Positions 8,525-18,131 of a stretch of DNA of 64,000 bases are shown piece after piece; position 1 is the first letter of the stretch, and every line of letters begins with the position of its first letter. A program made the translations under genes and the position numbers. Source of the DNA: a virus; the IMG/VR virus record IMGVR_UViG_3300050821_001428, positions 1 through 64,000 of that record; one strand, given 5' to 3'. The notes beneath the pieces are model-generated. The model searched no databases, was not told the DNA's origin, and saw only the letters and a list, made by a program, of their open reading frames with translations.

Positions 8525-9891
8525 GTTTTGATAAAGTAACTAAAGACGCCAAATGGCTGCATATTATTGTGGGAATTACCGTTGCCTAAGTTATTAGTAG
8601 TACCAGGGTGGGTGTGGTCTGCGCTAACACCATTAGTTGTAAAGCCGTGACTATGGTTGAGTGAATTATTGCCCCATGTCGAACTGTTATGATAAGCTAT
8701 TGGGGAAATATTGTCACCGCCACCGGCCAACCCATCAGAAACAATCTGGTCAAATACCCCAGCATACTGGAAAGCCCCGTTGCCTCCATCAGCATAGCTA
8801 TTATTAGTTGTACCCCCATGAGAGTGATTATTACTTTGAGGCCCCGTAGTGAATCCTACTCCGCTGGCGGGTAGTGCCCCCATAGATAATGTATGGTTCT
8901 CTTCTCCGCCACGATTACCAAGTTCTCGCTCGGTCAAGCTTGGTCCGGTACCCGCACCAATGCCTACGATCCCGGCTCTATTAGGAACATTAAACGTAGT
9001 CGAGCCATCTCCAACTCCATGGGGAGCAAACAAGAGGCTAATAGAACTCTCGATAGCCAATGTGGGACTAGCTAATGTCAAGATCGTTAATGGTGTAGAA
9101 GTGAATTCGACACTAGTAATAGTATTTGTATTAGATGCACCAATACCAGTACCACTAACCGGGATAGATGTACCGTATACTATATTAACATTAATGTTCG
9201 TAAAGCCTAATAACCCTTGGATAAATGGTTCTAGCGTAACATCCGGGATTGTTATCGTCGTAACGCCACTACCAAAAGATACCGTTTTTGTAATAGCAAT
9301 AGCTGATAACAACGTAGCATATGTAGAGCGTGAATATGCTCCCCCTAAAGCTGGAAGATAGCCCGCAGGAGCAATTGCTCCTGCGTGCTCAATAATAGTA
9401 CCCGCTGGCACTAGCTGGGCTTGCAGAACGGAAGCGGCAGTAGGATTAGGTAATGTCCCGGCGAGGATACCGCCTAGCGCCGTTGCTTGTGTTACAGGTG
9501 GCTGTCCTTGGATAGTGTTAATAGTAACATTTGGCAGAGTACCACTAGCATCCCCGGTTAGGGAACCTACGGACGAATCAAGGTTTCCTACGCCATCACC
9601 GTGAACCGCTTCAAAATAAACATTAAAGGCGCTGTAGTGAATAGAACCGGGTACCTGAATAATATAAGAACCCTCGGCTACGAAGTAGCTATTCACGCTA
9701 CCATTTAGATTACCGGAGACATCGGTAGTAATAGTCGATACAGGCGAGCCTGCCGACACAGAACTAAATACCGTAGCTGCGCCGCCACTACGTTTAATTA
9801 CCGTTACTTGCTGGTTAGCAACAGGAAAAATACTACTACCGTTAAGGTAGGTTAATGTACAAGTTAGTGCAACCCGCTGTGTTGAAGACAT
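8521..9891 (-). CDS. tail fibre / tail collar domain protein
   Basis: VPAGTI...APAGYL...YSRSTYATL, GVGDGSTTFNVP, GGEENHTL and HNNMQPF collar motifs; HxH repeats. Confidence 0.85.
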   Translation of the reverse strand: MSSTQRVALTCTLTYLNGSSIFPVANQQVTVIKRSGGAATVFSSVSAGSPVSTITTDVSGNLNGSVNSYFVAEGSYIIQVPGSIHYSAFNVYFEAVHGDGVGNLDSSVGSLTGDASGTLPNVTINTIQGQPPVTQATALGGILAGTLPNPTAASVLQAQLVPAGTIIEHAGAIAPAGYLPALGGAYSRSTYATLLSAIAITKTVSFGSGVTTITIPDVTLEPFIQGLLGFTNINVNIVYGTSIPVSGTGIGASNTNTITSVEFTSTPLTILTLASPTLAIESSISLLFAPHGVGDGSTTFNVPNRAGIVGIGAGTGPSLTERELGNRGGEENHTLSMGALPASGVGFTTGPQSNNHSHGGTTNNSYADGGNGAFQYAGVFDQIVSDGLAGGGDNISPIAYHNSSTWGNNSLNHSHGFTTNGVSADHTHPGTTNNLGNGNSHNNMQPFGVFSYFIKT

Positions 9892-10043
9892 ATCACTTAT
9901 TACTGTATCGTGATAGAATCTTTATCCAAATTTCTAAGTAGATTAAAATGGATGAGAACTACAGAGTAAGCATATAATTTCTGCTAATAAAAAAATACCG
10001 ACATACCATGGAAGTATACGGTGACGATGCCGAATAAACTTCT

Positions 10044-10343
10044 TCATTCGTCTTCTAATTCCTTGGTGACCTTGCGGATTTCTTCTTCCAATTCCTGTCT
10101 GGTCGGATGTTGCTCTTCTTCGTAATTCCCGGGCCAGTTGGGACTCAGGAAGGCTGGCAGTCCCATCATAGCTGCAAACAGAATAAGCAATGTTGGACGC
10201 TCCGCGTGTGCCAATAACGTTTCGTGTGCCGTACCCGCTAAGCCCGATATAAAAAGGACCGAATTCCGGTTGATAAGATAGAGCGGTCGCAGACGACGCC
10301 TTCTTTGTAAAGCTTTGTCCCGATTGGGTTTTAGTGACTTCAT
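10044..10343 (-). CDS. membrane protein (possibly holin-like)
   Basis: VLFISGLAG..HET...ERPTLLILFAAMMGLPAFL; start uncertain. Confidence 0.55.
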   Translation of the reverse strand: MKSLKPNRDKALQRRRRLRPLYLINRNSVLFISGLAGTAHETLLAHAERPTLLILFAAMMGLPAFLSPNWPGNYEEEQHPTRQELEEEIRKVTKELEDE

Positions 10344-10411
10344 TCATGTGCCAAATTGTTAGCTTCTACATATTTAATATCTTGTATTTAGCGTTATTGT
10401 TTCTATCACCA

Positions 10412-10834
10412 CTAAGTATTTTCGTAATGTTCACGTCCACCCATGATACGTTCAATATCAATGATTCGTCCGCGTGTTTCATCGTCAAATTGTCCCGCGA
10501 TAAGAATATTAAAATCATCATGCTTATGATACTCACGACCTTCTTGGCGGGCGGTTAGTATCTCAGCTATATGTTCATCAATACGAGATTCTAATTCGGG
10601 GTCTAGTCTCTCGGACGGGATATGCTCTGTCTCACAATAATATTCAAAATTAAAATACCGAGACAACATCTGTGCTTCCTGTTCATCTAATACGGCATCG
10701 GTCTGAATAGCAGAACCGACATATGAGTTATTAGTACGGCATCTCGGGCATTCTCGATACGCAGATATATACGGCCAATTTATACCGCATATTGTACATT
10801 TATAAGAAGAATGCCCTTGTCCTCCTTGACTCAT
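10412..10834 (-). CDS. zinc-ribbon protein
   Basis: CTICG...CPRC. Confidence 0.65.
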   Translation of the reverse strand: MSQGGQGHSSYKCTICGINWPYISAYRECPRCRTNNSYVGSAIQTDAVLDEQEAQMLSRYFNFEYYCETEHIPSERLDPELESRIDEHIAEILTARQEGREYHKHDDFNILIAGQFDDETRGRIIDIERIMGGREHYENT

Positions 10835-10853
10835 ATTTCCTACCTTAGCTGAA

Positions 10854-11084
10854 TTACTCGTAAAACATTACGTCAATAACTTTATTCACATCGTCAATAT
10901 GCGTAAAGGCGCGTAGTCCAAGACTACGCGCCTTTCGATGAATCATCGTTCGCATACTTAAAAGCCCAGCGTTGAAGTCTTCTCCCTGGCGTAGCTTTCT
11001 AGCTTGGCCATCAGCCCAGGCTGCCCAGTCATATAACTCTGGTCTACCTCGATTAGATTTAAAATTAGGAATGACTTCAGACAT
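10854..11084 (-). CDS. small hypothetical (possibly DNA-binding) protein
   Basis: RGRPELYDWAAW.DG motif; TAATATGTAGA motif at the start. Confidence 0.65.
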   Translation of the reverse strand: MSEVIPNFKSNRGRPELYDWAAWADGQARKLRQGEDFNAGLLSMRTMIHRKARSLGLRAFTHIDDVNKVIDVMFYE

Positions 11085-11098
11085 CTACATATTATATA

Positions 11099-12139
11099 TC
11101 AGTAATACCGATTGTAATATGCCCAATTAGTACGTTCAAATACAGCCTCTTTGGATGTATCATCTTCGAAATCGTCAGTATTAACAAAATGCAAGCCATA
11201 TTCTATATCCATATAATCATGCATATCATGATCGTATTCGTACCGACCCCGGCTATACCAATTCTCTTTAATCCCATCCCATGCCCATTCGCTAGGGAAT
11301 GCATTATCGTTAGTAGAAGAAGGAATAGATGTCTCTTCAATAAGAATAGATGTCTGATGAGGTGTATTAATCTCTTCGATTACCTTGTAACGGCAGACCC
11401 GAATCTTCTCGTTATTAGAATCGCTAGGGACCGACACCACATCGCGCGGGTTGACTTCTACGGCTAGACGAGTCGAACTGAACTGTGAGGCATAGCGCCA
11501 GTTAGATACATGCAAACCAGTCGAGCACGATACATTAGGGTCATCGACAACAATAGACCGTTGCATCTCGACAATATCGCCAATCTTCTGACGCACGACA
11601 CCGGATCTATGTGGTACTCCGTTGATAATAGCTGGACCCGAGCGATGTGACTGATAGCCACCTTCCTGGTTATCACTAGGATGCACACCCTTATAACCGA
11701 TGAAATTACCATCTTCGTTGATAGTAAATTCATGCTTCTGTAGGAAGCTATAAAGCTGATTGCGCGAATTCTGGGATGGATTCTGCTGAACCTTCTCCAA
11801 GAAATTGATAAGCGGTTTACTGGCGGCGTGGCCATGTTCTTTCAGAGAGCGCAAGATATGATCTATCAATTCTCCTGCAATTTCGTCACCATCGAAGAAT
11901 AAACTATTGTGCGTGTAAGTAATCCTGTCTGACAGAAAGGTACGTGCAATACTATTGCCAATATCGATAAGATCAAGCACCGAATCATCATCAGCCATAA
12001 CACCGGTGACAATAGCATTCCAATGAGTATGTTCAGAGTTTACTAGATGTAGATTAAAAATCTCGTCATAGATGGCTAGATGGCTTAGACCATCTGCCGT
12101 CTTAGACAGCGTATACGTCAAATTAGACGGGTTGGACAT
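11099..12139 (-). CDS. rIIB: rIIB-like protein
   Basis: FIGYKGV, VEMQR..V..DP..SCSTGLHV and VNPRDVVSVP.D....KIRVCRYKV; follows rIIA. Confidence 0.85.
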   Translation of the reverse strand: MSNPSNLTYTLSKTADGLSHLAIYDEIFNLHLVNSEHTHWNAIVTGVMADDDSVLDLIDIGNSIARTFLSDRITYTHNSLFFDGDEIAGELIDHILRSLKEHGHAASKPLINFLEKVQQNPSQNSRNQLYSFLQKHEFTINEDGNFIGYKGVHPSDNQEGGYQSHRSGPAIINGVPHRSGVVRQKIGDIVEMQRSIVVDDPNVSCSTGLHVSNWRYASQFSSTRLAVEVNPRDVVSVPSDSNNEKIRVCRYKVIEEINTPHQTSILIEETSIPSSTNDNAFPSEWAWDGIKENWYSRGRYEYDHDMHDYMDIEYGLHFVNTDDFEDDTSKEAVFERTNWAYYNRYY

Positions 12140-14165
12140 TTTGATACAATTTCTCCCAGATAGCGTTTATATACAGTGTATTATGTTCTTTGTGCTCTGA
12201 TGCAATCAGAGGATATCGTTCCATAAAATAAATTGATTTTGATGGGATATCTTTCTGCGGCAAGATATGTCTTAAATACCTAAATAGAGTGGTATGGGCC
12301 GGTGCATTATGCACTAAATTTAGCATAGTTTTCAATTCGGGATCGAGAATCTTGTCTATATCTAGAGCAGTTGCTAAGAGCAGACTATTGTTATAGATTC
12401 CATCAACCAATCCTTTTTGTGTGGTATGAGATAAATCCTTCCACCACTGAGTAATGACCGGTGTAATCCATTTATTCCACTCAATTGCGTTGGGTAGCTT
12501 CCGAATAAAGGCTTCGACCTGACGCCGCTGGATACATACTAGTGTATGTGGAGGCAAATAAGTGTTAAAATTATAGTGGCCCGGGGGCCTACCATGAATC
12601 CTATCTGCGATATAATACACCAATGTACCAGTGACACCTTGTAATTCCGTCATAGTCATACTATGAGTCTGACCGTCATGGGTCGAAGCATATTGCGTTG
12701 CATTCCGAGTATTAGATACCTTTGGCTTACTTGGAAGTTTACAAGCGTTAATATCCTCCCACTTCAAGATATAGCTAGGATCAACCCACTCACTAGTAAC
12801 TTTACCCGGTGTAAAGATGAACTGATTTGGTAGAGTTTTGTTATTATCATCAAAATACTGCCATAGCTTCTTTTTCACCGTAGCGGTATATTTACGGTCG
12901 AAACCCTCTACCCAATAATTATTAACTATTGAACGTAGATGTAACTTATACCGAATCTCATATTTTGATAGCCCAAACTCACCAGGGGTAACACCAAACC
13001 CATACTCGTAAGAACAATCATTATTATGATTTATATCATCATTGCGATTAAGAACTTGATCTGCCCGTAGTGGCGGGTAGATATAAGCAGGAATATCGCG
13101 GTTTTTATATTTGAGTTCAGACCAAGCAGCCCCCCCGTTCGATGAATACATAATCCCAGCCCAATGGTTTATCCGACGCAAGCAATCGGGAGGTGTCGGC
13201 TGATTAACGACATCTTCTACGATCAATCTTTTAATATTCGTCACACAATCTATATGTGCTTCCTTGAGGGCTTTATTGGTAGTAGCGGTATAATGTAGCC
13301 CCTCACGGCTAGGTGTAAAATGTACCGATCCCATCGGTACACGGACAACAATTTCATGTGAAGGAATAATATGATTCCAAGAAAGATCCAACGTTGATTT
13401 TGATTCTTCAATAGGATACGCGACATTGCCCATCACAACATGATGCTGCCGTGTTCTACGCCGCCCGCTAATATAGCATTTATCTTTAATATCATAAACT
13501 TCAATATTATTGAAACTAAATACCGGATCTCGTCGTATAGGGGCTACACCGTTAATAAGCACGGTCCCCGGCTCCCAGAATGAGAAGAAATCATTTGCTT
13601 TCTCTACAAAACCCATAAAACCATGGTGCGAACCGAGATTAACTACAATCGTGACAGTTACGCCATTAGGCTCGTCAACTTCTTGCTCACTGACGATCTT
13701 CAATACTGGAAAGTTACTCTCGTCGCGCATGATTAGAGCATTTGTCTTGATTCCATCCTTGATACCAATCACAGAAAATTGATTAGTATAAGTTAGTGGA
13801 GATTTACATCCAAGCCCCAACGAACCAATCTGGTCATTGGTCTGACGCTTTGTAGATGTACCATACTTTGAATAAATATTACGGAATCCATCAGCATTCA
13901 GTCCGATACCCCAATCCTGTACCTGAAAGATAGGGTTTAGCGAACTTGGCAACGTTATCTCAATAGGACGCTTCTGTCCTGCGGCTACGTGAGCATCATA
14001 AGCATTACAGCTAATCTCACGAATAATAGCCTTCTCTGGATCAGAATAAAGATCCGTCAATAGCCCTACGAGATGTTCGATTGCATTCTCATCAATCGTC
14101 ATGCGGATATCTTCGCCTGCAAGATTACCGCTAATATCAAGTTCTTTTTCTTTGGTTATGATCAT
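12123..14165 (-). CDS. rIIA: rIIA-like protein (GHKL/HSP90-type ATPase N-terminus)
   Basis: LYSD...IIREISCNAYDAH, DWGIGL, STKR..NDQIGSLGLGCKS and FTPSREGL. Confidence 0.88.
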   Translation of the reverse strand: MIITKEKELDISGNLAGEDIRMTIDENAIEHLVGLLTDLYSDPEKAIIREISCNAYDAHVAAGQKRPIEITLPSSLNPIFQVQDWGIGLNADGFRNIYSKYGTSTKRQTNDQIGSLGLGCKSPLTYTNQFSVIGIKDGIKTNALIMRDESNFPVLKIVSEQEVDEPNGVTVTIVVNLGSHHGFMGFVEKANDFFSFWEPGTVLINGVAPIRRDPVFSFNNIEVYDIKDKCYISGRRRTRQHHVVMGNVAYPIEESKSTLDLSWNHIIPSHEIVVRVPMGSVHFTPSREGLHYTATTNKALKEAHIDCVTNIKRLIVEDVVNQPTPPDCLRRINHWAGIMYSSNGGAAWSELKYKNRDIPAYIYPPLRADQVLNRNDDINHNNDCSYEYGFGVTPGEFGLSKYEIRYKLHLRSIVNNYWVEGFDRKYTATVKKKLWQYFDDNNKTLPNQFIFTPGKVTSEWVDPSYILKWEDINACKLPSKPKVSNTRNATQYASTHDGQTHSMTMTELQGVTGTLVYYIADRIHGRPPGHYNFNTYLPPHTLVCIQRRQVEAFIRKLPNAIEWNKWITPVITQWWKDLSHTTQKGLVDGIYNNSLLLATALDIDKILDPELKTMLNLVHNAPAHTTLFRYLRHILPQKDIPSKSIYFMERYPLIASEHKEHNTLYINAIWEKLYQNVQPV

Positions 14166-14199
14166 TTATGATTTAAATATAATTTAAGTTGATTATTTA

Positions 14200-14730
14200 T
14201 CAGGTAGTTGATACGCCCAGAGCTTCTGCTAGCTCGCTAGGAGAGATTGTAACACATTGAAGCGCAGGTGTAAAGTCGCCTCTCGTTAGAGCCTGGGCGA
14301 CTAGACCGGAGCAAATATTAGTACGGCCAATAAAAGCAAATCCACGCCCCGGAATTAGGAAACGGGTAGCCGTACCAAATACAGTAAGCCAACCGTATTT
14401 CTTACCTATTTGCGTTTCTAGATATCTCTCTGCCTGATACTTATCTGATACGTTTATTAAACAAGTATCTCCGGTGCGAACAATGAGATATTCAACGTCC
14501 TTATATTTATCAATATTTGTATGTTGTGTACCTGTAGTAATAGCTTCAACTAAATAGCCATTACCAGTATGGTAGGCAACATGCGACCACGTATCCTTAC
14601 GAAAACGGATAAATTCACCAATACGAATAATCCAATCAGTGATGGTTGTACCTTTAACGAATATAATATCGCCAGGATTTGGTAGCAAAATACTACCTTT
14701 TGGAATCTTTTCAGCGTAAATATTACTCAT
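14200..14730 (-). CDS. permuted papain-like amidase (YiiX/YaeF, NlpC/P60-type)
   Basis: PGDIIF, WSHVA, IGKKYG and ICSGLVA (His before Cys); start moved to ATG 14730. Confidence 0.75.
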   Translation of the reverse strand: MSNIYAEKIPKGSILLPNPGDIIFVKGTTITDWIIRIGEFIRFRKDTWSHVAYHTGNGYLVEAITTGTQHTNIDKYKDVEYLIVRTGDTCLINVSDKYQAERYLETQIGKKYGWLTVFGTATRFLIPGRGFAFIGRTNICSGLVAQALTRGDFTPALQCVTISPSELAEALGVSTT

Positions 14731-15124
14731 AATCACGGGCTGCAATATCGGACATGGTTTTTCGTTGTTTTTGCCTTTTTGGTTTAATATCAGGTTTCTC
14801 ATTGGCGCGCTCCACGGTCTTGACGAAGTAGCACCGCTGACACTGTTGAGTCGAGTACCAGTACGTATCCTCGCTCTCTTCGAAGTCCACCGGCCCGCAG
14901 TGCACATCCTCGACCTTGCCCCACGAATGATCGCGGAGCCAGCACAGCTTGTAGAACGTCCGCCACCGTCGTTCCCACTTGCGCCGCCGCAGGAATCGTG
15001 CGCGCCAGCCACATGAGCAAATCCCGAGCGAGGACGCCGCTCTACGACGGTTGTACCGCCAGTGGTACGCGGTCAGCCGATGCTTGACCCGCAAGACGCT
15101 GCTCTCTTCGATCCCGACGAACAC
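14723..15124 (-). CDS. Cys/His-rich hypothetical protein
   Basis: CSCGW, CWLRDH and CQRC; GC-rich island. Confidence 0.55.
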   Translation of the reverse strand: MFVGIEESSVLRVKHRLTAYHWRYNRRRAASSLGICSCGWRARFLRRRKWERRWRTFYKLCWLRDHSWGKVEDVHCGPVDFEESEDTYWYSTQQCQRCYFVKTVERANEKPDIKPKRQKQRKTMSDIAARDYE

Positions 15125-15559
15125 TTACGCCGCCTCTCGGAGCGGGTCGCTCTCCATCAGCGTGTGGTCCCAGGCGTCGCCAAACCCGATGGGTCGCCAG
15201 CGGCGGTCATCGAGAAGCTGTCTGGCCGGTCGAACGATGATCTGCCAGACGTAATGACCACCACGCCTGGAGGACTTCATCCGGTGGATGCCCCACTCGT
15301 CATTCGGGTACGAGCCGTAGACGACCCACACCTTGCCGGAGCGGACGTTGCGCAGCGTCAGGCCATTATGCACCGTCGGATGGTCCGGTTCGATGCCGCT
15401 CTTGTTGCAGCGCGGACAGATCCCTACGTGTGCGTAGGTGATCTGGCCCCGGCTGTAGCCGGTGCCATCGCAGCATATACACGGGTCACTCGGCACCGTC
15501 GCCTTCGCGCGAAGGAAGTCCGCGTAACTCGCGATGAGCCTATTGTCAGAGCCAGTCAT
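15125..15559 (-). CDS. hypothetical protein with a DnaJ-type CxxCxGxG zinc motif
   Basis: CICCDGTG...CPRCNKSG; coupled ATGA overlaps. Confidence 0.6.
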   Translation of the reverse strand: MTGSDNRLIASYADFLRAKATVPSDPCICCDGTGYSRGQITYAHVGICPRCNKSGIEPDHPTVHNGLTLRNVRSGKVWVVYGSYPNDEWGIHRMKSSRRGGHYVWQIIVRPARQLLDDRRWRPIGFGDAWDHTLMESDPLREAA

Positions 15560-15840
15560 GCGTGGCCGTCGCTCTCGTCGTATCGCCGGTTGTCCTCGGC
15601 CTCCAGCTTGGTGATCGCGGACATCACGTCGTCATGGCTCTCGCCTGAATCGAACCGCAAAGCTATGATCACGGCGGCCAATTCGGCATCGTTGAGCAGC
15701 GGCTCGGGCCACACGGCCTCAACAGCGGCCCGGATCTTTGGCCTTTGGCTCCAGCTCCGCCGATCCACTGGCGTCGCGATATACGCAGCCATCGCCTTGT
15801 CCACGATGTCCTCGCTAACGGTGCTCTCACGACTACTCAT
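15556..15840 (-). CDS. hypothetical protein
   Basis: translationally coupled ORF in the GC island. Confidence 0.6.
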   Translation of the reverse strand: MSSRESTVSEDIVDKAMAAYIATPVDRRSWSQRPKIRAAVEAVWPEPLLNDAELAAVIIALRFDSGESHDDVMSAITKLEAEDNRRYDESDGHA

Positions 15841-16075
15841 CGCGGACGCCCTCCATCATCTTCACGATTTCATTGAGCGCCGCCTGGATTTGCGAGCCAG
15901 CCTGAATCCGATCGGGCCAGCGTGCGCCAATGCCCCCGACGATCTCCCACGACCCCATGTAGTGCCTCATGCCCGACTCGAAGCCATCGACCTTGACAGT
16001 GGCTCGGTACGTCTGCTCCTCGTCATCCCAGCGCACCAGGCGCACGACGAACTCACGCTTCGCAGGAGGCGTCAT
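15833..16075 (-). CDS. hypothetical protein
   Basis: translationally coupled ORF in the GC island. Confidence 0.6.
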   Translation of the reverse strand: MTPPAKREFVVRLVRWDDEEQTYRATVKVDGFESGMRHYMGSWEIVGGIGARWPDRIQAGSQIQAALNEIVKMMEGVRDE

Positions 16076-16656
16076 GCTGGCTCCGACGATGCGAAGCCGG
16101 AAGCCATGACCTGGTAGCGAGTAGGAGCATCGACGGTGTCCACTGGCTCATAGCAATTCGAGCACCGCAATTCGCTTCCGGCCTCAATCCAACCTTCCTC
16201 GCCCTTGCACATGATGCGGTCGCAGCGCACGCACACCTCTAGACGCTCCTCAACGCTCTTTGTCCGAGGCATCCATTCGTGAACCCCGATCCACTGCCGG
16301 GCGATCTCGCAAAGCGCCACGAACACGGCGTCCTTGTCACGCTCTCGCGACTCAAGCTCGTCGTAGGGCACCATGTCCGGGTGCGTCTTGGCGTCAACGT
16401 CGCGCGTAGGCCCGTAGATCCAGCCCATCGCTTCGTAGGCCTTCACCCAATCGTCGTGAAGCTCCTCCGGTGACGACTTCCGGTCGGGGCCGCACATCAT
16501 GTCGATCACGTCACGGAACTGCGCCTTGAACGGCTCCTCGCGGTCGTCCCACGGCTCGGGCACGATCGGCGCATCAACGGCCACAGCCTGTAGTGCCGCC
16601 GCCTCGTACACGAACCGAGCACGACGCTCTGCGAACGTGGATGTTGTCCTACTCAT
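16072..16656 (-). CDS. RyR-domain-like protein
   Basis: ELHDDW....EAMGW.YGP.RD...[12 protein letters not shown]...ERDKD matches the RyR repeat pattern. Confidence 0.7.
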   Translation of the reverse strand: MSRTTSTFAERRARFVYEAAALQAVAVDAPIVPEPWDDREEPFKAQFRDVIDMMCGPDRKSSPEELHDDWVKAYEAMGWIYGPTRDVDAKTHPDMVPYDELESRERDKDAVFVALCEIARQWIGVHEWMPRTKSVEERLEVCVRCDRIMCKGEEGWIEAGSELRCSNCYEPVDTVDAPTRYQVMASGFASSEPA

Positions 16657-16810
16657 TAGCGCCGTCGGCCTGGCACTTGATCGGTGGACCCCAGGTATCC
16701 CCCGGGTTGTCCCGTGTCGCCACGTACAGCGCAGGGGCGTCTCCGTAGCGCTGCACCATCACGGTGCTCTCAGCGTTCACCCAAACCACCGTCTGCGTCT
16801 CGGTTGTCAT
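16649..16810 (-). CDS. small hypothetical protein
   Basis: ATG 16810 overlaps the MTase stop. Confidence 0.55.
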   Translation of the reverse strand: MTTETQTVVWVNAESTVMVQRYGDAPALYVATRDNPGDTWGPPIKCQADGANE

Positions 16811-17550
16811 GCTGCATCGACCTCCTGCGCGACACATTCGGCCGCGCGTATACGCTCAATTGCCAGATCCACATAAGCCCGGTTCGACTCAATTAGAAGC
16901 GCGCGCCGCCCACGGACAATCGCTGCGACAGCAGTCGAACCGGAGCCGGCAAACGGGTCAAGCACCATCTCCCCGACGCGACTTGATGACTCGATCAGTT
17001 CCGTCAGAAGCGCGACGGGCTTCTCCGAGGGGTGCCGCACCTTGCGGCCGGTCGGACGCGATACGCGCAGGACGGAGCCCTTGCGCCTACGTGCAGGAAT
17101 GGCATCACCCCCGGCCATGCCGCCGTGCCGATGGCGCGAGATCGCGAACCAGATCGGCTCGTGTGACGGTCCCCATGCCGACGACAGGTCGCCGCCGGAC
17201 ATCATCGTCTTGTCCCAGATCAGCGAGACGGGCTTCGTGATCTTCAATCCCTCGAGCACGTCCTCGGGTCCGAACACATAGAGATGCCGACTCTGCCCGA
17301 CGAGCCGCACGCACTCGCGGAGCACATCTTGCACGGCCTCACGGTCGTCAGCACCATCCAGTGCCATTGCCTCAAAGCGCTCTACGCGCTGGTTAGAGAC
17401 GAACTCCTTGCCGTACGGCGGATCGGTCACGATGAGATCGAAGCTCTCCGTCTCGAAGGTCGGCAGCACGTCGCGGGCGTCGCCCTCGTAAACCGTCGCC
17501 CATTCGGACTCATAGGCGACGCGGAAGACGCCGTTGGTCCTTTGCGTCAT
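16807..17550 (-). CDS. DNA methyltransferase (N6A/N4C, beta class)
   Basis: DLIVTDPPYG, HPSEKP and VLDPFAGSGST motifs; start moved to ATG 17550. Confidence 0.9.
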   Translation of the reverse strand: MTQRTNGVFRVAYESEWATVYEGDARDVLPTFETESFDLIVTDPPYGKEFVSNQRVERFEAMALDGADDREAVQDVLRECVRLVGQSRHLYVFGPEDVLEGLKITKPVSLIWDKTMMSGGDLSSAWGPSHEPIWFAISRHRHGGMAGGDAIPARRRKGSVLRVSRPTGRKVRHPSEKPVALLTELIESSSRVGEMVLDPFAGSGSTAVAAIVRGRRALLIESNRAYVDLAIERIRAAECVAQEVDAA

Positions 17551-17576
17551 AGCTGCATCTTCAGTCATTATTGTCA

Positions 17577-17810
17577 TTATTTGTCTACTTTCTGAATCGT
17601 GACGATGGCTGTCGGATTTAAGTATAGCGTCTGTCCGTTTCCGTCTGTGACGCATAGCAACCGATGCTCTCGGACACACCGTTTAATAAGTTCAATGTTA
17701 TCTAGTGAGAAATAGATTGTATGTGTGGTTCTCAGTGCCCAGCTAAGAGGTGCCCGGAGTGCGTCAGTACGGGTGACAGCCTCCAAAACGGAAGTGGTTC
17801 GATTGGTCAT
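17577..17810 (-). CDS. hypothetical protein
   Basis: 77-aa coupled ORF. Confidence 0.5.
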   Translation of the reverse strand: MTNRTTSVLEAVTRTDALRAPLSWALRTTHTIYFSLDNIELIKRCVREHRLLCVTDGNGQTLYLNPTAIVTIQKVDK

Positions 17811-18049
17811 GCTTGCCTCTCAAAGATGCGGTCGAACATCGAACCCCCTGACCTGCCGGTAAACACCGTCCCGCGCGACACCGCGTATGTTCGCGCTAGT
17901 TCGGCAGCCTCACGGATACCCACGGGGCGACGAGTGCCGTCTGCGTTCTCGACCCACCACTTGCCAGCGCGGTCGTAGCGGACGATCTCCTGCTGCTTGT
18001 CCGCGCTGCGCGCGTGGACCGTGCGATCAGGCTTTGTCCTTTGTGTCAT
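17807..18049 (-). CDS. hypothetical protein
   Basis: EIVRYDRAGKWW motif; RBS AAGGA. Confidence 0.65.
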   Translation of the reverse strand: MTQRTKPDRTVHARSADKQQEIVRYDRAGKWWVENADGTRRPVGIREAAELARTYAVSRGTVFTGRSGGSMFDRIFERQA

Positions 18050-18131
18050 GCCAGTTCCTTTACGATAACTTCAATTGTGCGCCAGTTATAATCGCTCATG
18101 TATAGAAGTATACCATCTAGCTACGAGCAAA

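Noticed and set aside
15062-16117. 351-aa plus-strand ORF and other plus-strand ORFs in the GC island
   Set aside because: Antisense shadows of tightly coupled minus-strand genes; GC-rich DNA has few stop codons
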